Below are positions 57,838-61,353 of a stretch of 61,353 nucleotides of DNA, piece after piece (positions within the stretch are counted from its first letter, which is position 1; each line of letters opens with the position of its first letter). Location: assembly GCA_003164915.1 (NCBI GenBank), contig PLRT01000178.1:1-61353 (forward strand), given 5' to 3'. Position numbers and translations under genes: made by a program. This stretch comes from Hyphomicrobiales bacterium. GTDB lineage: Bacteria > Pseudomonadota > Alphaproteobacteria > Rhizobiales > Beijerinckiaceae. The notes beneath the pieces are model-generated. The model was given only the letters and a program-made list of their open reading frames with translations, was not told where the DNA came from and searched no databases.

Positions 57838-58611
57838 ATGATGAATTCGCACTTTCCGAAAATGGCCGGCGAGGATTTGGACTTCCGGCGCGCGGCCTTG
57901 TTCCTCGACGTCGATGGAACGTTGCTCGACATCGCCGCAGTCCCCGATCGAGTGGTGGTGCCCGACGGGCTCGTCGCGACGATCGCGCGGCTCGAACGCC
58001 TGTTGGGCGGGGCGCTGGCGATCGTCACCGGTCGTACGCTGGCCGATCTCGATCGGCTGTTCTTTCCATTGCGCACCCGCGCCGCCGGCGTACACGGCGC
58101 TGAAATGCGCTTCACGCCGGACGGGGTCGTGGTCGAAACGGAGGGCGCCGAGCGGCTGCCCGACACGCTTTGGCGCGAATTCGCCGCCGTGACGAACGCC
58201 TTCCCCGGCGCGCTGGCGGAGAACAAGCGCTATTCCTTCACCGCGCATTACCGCGCTGCGCCGAGCGCGGCCGCGCCGCTGCGCGCTGCGCTGCTGGGCG
58301 TGATCGAGCGCCGCGCGGCGGGCCGTCTCGAGTTGGCCGACACGCTCCAGGCCTATGAACTCAAGCCGAGCCGCGTCAACAAGGGCGAGGCGGTGCGCCG
58401 CTTTCTCGCCCGTCCGCCCTTTGTCGGGCGCCGGCCCATGTTCGTCGGCGACGACACCAGCGACATACCCGGCTTCCGCTCGGTCGCCGATCGTCAGGGA
58501 TTTGCTTTCGCGGTCGGCGTCGCACGGCCGGAAGTCGACCACGTTTTCGCTGATCCGGCGATGGTGCGGCTATGGCTGGAGCGGCTCGCCGCCCAGCCCG
58601 CCGCGACGTGA
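57838..58611 (+). CDS. otsB: Trehalose-6-phosphate phosphatase (HAD)
   Basis: [20 protein letters not shown].....HYR, ELKP...NKG, VGDD.SD..GF. Confidence 0.93.
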   Translation: MMNSHFPKMAGEDLDFRRAALFLDVDGTLLDIAAVPDRVVVPDGLVATIARLERLLGGALAIVTGRTLADLDRLFFPLRTRAAGVHGAEMRFTPDGVVVETEGAERLPDTLWREFAAVTNAFPGALAENKRYSFTAHYRAAPSAAAPLRAALLGVIERRAAGRLELADTLQAYELKPSRVNKGEAVRRFLARPPFVGRRPMFVGDDTSDIPGFRSVADRQGFAFAVGVARPEVDHVFADPAMVRLWLERLAAQPAAT

Positions 58612-60413
58612 GCGCCGCAATCGAGGTCGGCGGAGGGATGGACCTCGCGCTGATCGGCAATTGCCAGACCGCCGCTCTCGTCGATCGGCGTGGGCGCATT
58701 GTTTGGTGGTGCTTTCCGCGCTTCGATTCCGATCCGGTGTTCTCCCGCCTGTTGGCCGGGGACGAAGAGAAAGGGTTTTGCGAAGTGGCGCTCGCCGACC
58801 TCGTCGAGGTCAAGACGCAGTACTTGCGCAACACCGCCGTCGTCGAGACGATTCTCACCGACGCGCGCGGCGGCCAGGTGCGCGTCGTCGACTTCGCGCC
58901 GCGTTTCGATCTCTACGGCCGCATCTACCGTGCGCCGCAGATCGTGCGGCGGATCGAGCCGGTCGCCGGCCTGCCGCGCATCACGATCAAGGTGCGGCCG
59001 ACCTGCAACTACGGCGAGCGGGTCGGCGAGGTCAGCATCGGTTCGCATCACATCCGCTACATCAGCGGCGGCGCCGTCGTGCGGCTGACGACCGACGCGC
59101 CGATCTCCTACATCGCCGCCGAGACCAGCTTTCCCCTGTATCGAACAATCAACCTCGTCTTCGGCCAGGACGAATCGCTTCGCGACGCCATCGACGACAC
59201 ATGCCGCGAATTTCTCGACCGCACCTGCGACCATTGGCGCGAGTGGACGCGCCGACTGAGCGTGCCGTTCGAATGGCAGTCGGCGGTGGTGCGCGCGGCG
59301 ATCACGCTCAGGCTGTGCGCCTACGAGGACACCGGCGGCATCGTCGCCGCCCACACGACCTCGATCCCGGAGGCGCCGGGCACCTCGCGCAATTGGGACT
59401 ACCGCTATTGCTGGCTGCGCGACGCCTTCTTCGTCGTTCAGGCGCTCAACCGCCTCGGCGCGACGCAGATGATGGAATCCTACATCCACTATTTCACCAC
59501 CATCGCCACGCACGAAACCGGGGCGCTGCAGCCGGTGCACGGCGTCGTGCCGTTCACCAGCCTTGACGAGAGAACGACGCCGGCGCTGAAGGGCTACCTC
59601 GGTTATGGGCCGGTGCGCATCGGCAATCAGGCGGCGGAACAGATCCAACACGATTCCTACGGCAGCGTGGTGCTCGGCGCGGCGCAGATGTTCGTCGACG
59701 AGCGGCTGACCCACATGGGCGACAACACGCTGTTCGCCGAACTCGAGACGCTCGGCGAGAAGGCGTGGAAAGTCGCCTTCGAGCCGGACGCCGGCATCTG
59801 GGAATATCGCGGCAGCACGCGGGTGCACACCTATTCCGCCGCTTTGTGCTGGGCCGCGTGCGATCGACTGGCGCGCATCGCGCACGTCCTCGATCTCGCT
59901 GAACGCCAGCGGCTCTGGGCGTCGCGCGCCGAGGTCATCCGCGAACGATTGCTCGCCGGCGCGTGGGACGAAAAGCGCGGCGCGTTGACCGCCGCGATCG
60001 GCTCGCCCGATCTCGACGCCAGCGTTCTGTTGTTCGCCGAGCTCGGCCTGCTGGCGCCCGAAGACCCGCGGTTCCGCGGCACCTGCGAAACGATCGGGCG
60101 CGAACTCATGCGCAACGGGCGCATCATGCGCTACGCCGTGCCCGACGACTTCGGCGCGCCCGAGACGGCGTTTCTCGCCTGCAACTTCTGGTACATCGAC
60201 GCGTTGGCGCAGATCGGCCGTCGTGACGAGGCGCGGGCGATGTTCGAGAGCGTGCTCGCGCGCCGCAACCATTTCGGGTTGCTGTCGGAAGATATCCACC
60301 CTGAAACAGGCGAGCTTTGGGGCAATTTCCCTCAAGCGTATTCGATGGCCGGCATTATCAATACGGCGACGCGTCTGTCGTCGAGTTGGGAGGACGCATG
60401 GCTCCGCGCCTGA
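58608..60413 (+). CDS. GH15 glycoside hydrolase (trehalase/glucoamylase-like)
   Basis: IGNC.TAAL, PRFDS, AA.TTS.PE, RNWDYRYCWLRD, Q.D.YG, GIWE.R, GLLSED, GNFPQAYS; start GTG 58608 or ATG 58638. Confidence 0.92.
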   Translation: MSAAIEVGGGMDLALIGNCQTAALVDRRGRIVWWCFPRFDSDPVFSRLLAGDEEKGFCEVALADLVEVKTQYLRNTAVVETILTDARGGQVRVVDFAPRFDLYGRIYRAPQIVRRIEPVAGLPRITIKVRPTCNYGERVGEVSIGSHHIRYISGGAVVRLTTDAPISYIAAETSFPLYRTINLVFGQDESLRDAIDDTCREFLDRTCDHWREWTRRLSVPFEWQSAVVRAAITLRLCAYEDTGGIVAAHTTSIPEAPGTSRNWDYRYCWLRDAFFVVQALNRLGATQMMESYIHYFTTIATHETGALQPVHGVVPFTSLDERTTPALKGYLGYGPVRIGNQAAEQIQHDSYGSVVLGAAQMFVDERLTHMGDNTLFAELETLGEKAWKVAFEPDAGIWEYRGSTRVHTYSAALCWAACDRLARIAHVLDLAERQRLWASRAEVIRERLLAGAWDEKRGALTAAIGSPDLDASVLLFAELGLLAPEDPRFRGTCETIGRELMRNGRIMRYAVPDDFGAPETAFLACNFWYIDALAQIGRRDEARAMFESVLARRNHFGLLSEDIHPETGELWGNFPQAYSMAGIINTATRLSSSWEDAWLRA

Positions 60414-61353
60414 TCATCGTCTCGAATCGAGTGGCCCTTCCCGACGCGCGCCAGCAGCTTGCCGGCGGGCTGGCGGTCGCCGTCAAGGCCGCGCTGCGCG
60501 AACGCGTCGGCGTCTGGTTCGGTTGGAGCGGCGACATCAGCGATCAAGAAACGGCGACGCCGCGCCGCGTCAGGCGCGGCCGGGTCGAATACGCGGTCAT
60601 CGACCTCTCCGAGGCCGATTACCAGGAATATTACAACGGCTTCGCCAACCGGGTGCTGTGGCCGATCCTGCACTATCGGGTCGATCTGCAGGAATATTCG
60701 CGCGCCGACCAAAGCGGCTACATGCGCGTCAACAGCCTGTTCGCCGATCAACTCGAAACGATCATCGAGGAGGACGACGTCGTCTGGGTTCACGACTATC
60801 ATTTGATGCCGCTGGCGCGCGAACTCAGGGCGCGCGGCCGCGTCAATCCGATCGGCTTCTTCCTCCACATTCCCTGCGCGCCGCCCGATATACTGGCCAC
60901 GATGCCCAACCACGAGGAGATCGTCGGCAGCCTCGTTCATTACGACTTGGTCGGCTTCCAGACCGACAACGATCGCGACAATTTCGGCCATTACCTGACG
61001 TCGCTGGGCGCGAAGCCGGCGCGCAGCGCGAGTTTCTCGCTCGATGGTCGGACGACTCGACTCGGCGCCTTTCCGGTCGGCATCGAATCCGCCGTCTACG
61101 CCCGCCTCGCTCGCAGCGCCGTGCGCTCGCGCTTCGTGCGCGAGATGGTCGAAAGCCTCAACGGCCAGAAGCTCGTGCTGGGCGTCGACCGGCTCGACTA
61201 TTCCAAGGGGATCATCCATCGCCTCAACGCCTTCGACCGCTTCCTCGAGGTCAATCCGGAATGGCGGTCGCGCGTCACCTACCTGCAGGTGACGCCGAAG
61301 AGTCGCGGCGAGATTCGCGAATATGCGCAGATCGAGAACGAAGTGACGACGCT
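60398..61353 (+). CDS. otsA: Trehalose-6-phosphate synthase (GT20), truncated by the window end; not in ORF track
   Basis: RBS GGAGG; MAPRLIIVSNRV, AGGLA, WFGWSG, YYNGFAN.VLWP..HY, WVHDYHL, GFFLHIP, GVDRLDYSKG. Confidence 0.95.
   Translation, partial: MAPRLIIVSNRVALPDARQQLAGGLAVAVKAALRERVGVWFGWSGDISDQETATPRRVRRGRVEYAVIDLSEADYQEYYNGFANRVLWPILHYRVDLQEYSRADQSGYMRVNSLFADQLETIIEEDDVVWVHDYHLMPLARELRARGRVNPIGFFLHIPCAPPDILATMPNHEEIVGSLVHYDLVGFQTDNDRDNFGHYLTSLGAKPARSASFSLDGRTTRLGAFPVGIESAVYARLARSAVRSRFVREMVESLNGQKLVLGVDRLDYSKGIIHRLNAFDRFLEVNPEWRSRVTYLQVTPKSRGEIREYAQIENEVTT

Noticed and set aside
1-61353. CRISPR arrays, rRNA, transposases, prophage genes, riboswitches
   Set aside because: No regularly spaced repeats or diagnostic motifs were seen by eye; a covariance-model search would be needed to exclude small RNAs.

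Overview
High-GC alphaproteobacterial (Hyphomicrobiales/Rhizobiales-type) chromosome segment. The assignment rests on a tRNA-His with G1:U72, A73 and no encoded G-1, a PdhS-like kinase, phasins and a DUF2244-nth pair. Left arm (1-26.2 kb): Sel1-repeat gene, DUF2244 and nth. Then a cassette between nth and tRNA-His, made of a calpain-like (C2) cysteine protease divergent from an HlyB/HlyD type I secretion pair. Then two phasins, a PAS histidine kinase, a diguanylate cyclase, a DUF2147 pseudogene, a coupled L,D-transpeptidase/unknown/CAP operon, lutABC, pncB, an SDR and glcDEF with two palindromic intergenic elements. Middle (about 26.3-46.9 kb): a visibly less GC-rich accessory carbohydrate region. 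It holds a FadR regulator, idnD/idnO, LacI, a sugar ABC transporter, dgoA, a coupled MFS-kinase-PIG-L deacetylase-nagB amino-sugar operon, an NYN nuclease, an L,D-transpeptidase and a desaturase. It also carries short gene remnants that are absent from or unrecognised in the ORF track (dgoK, dgoD, a glycyl-radical activase, a SIS isomerase, a GT4). Right arm: a type III-like cellulose operon bcsA-bcsB-bcsZ-TPR with a PAS-GGDEF gene, a conserved unknown, fumC, and otsB-GH15-otsA (otsA runs off the window). The best candidates for undescribed systems are the RTX-less calpain/T1SS cassette and the NagA-independent amino-sugar operon. All family calls come from motifs recognised by eye; no searches were run.
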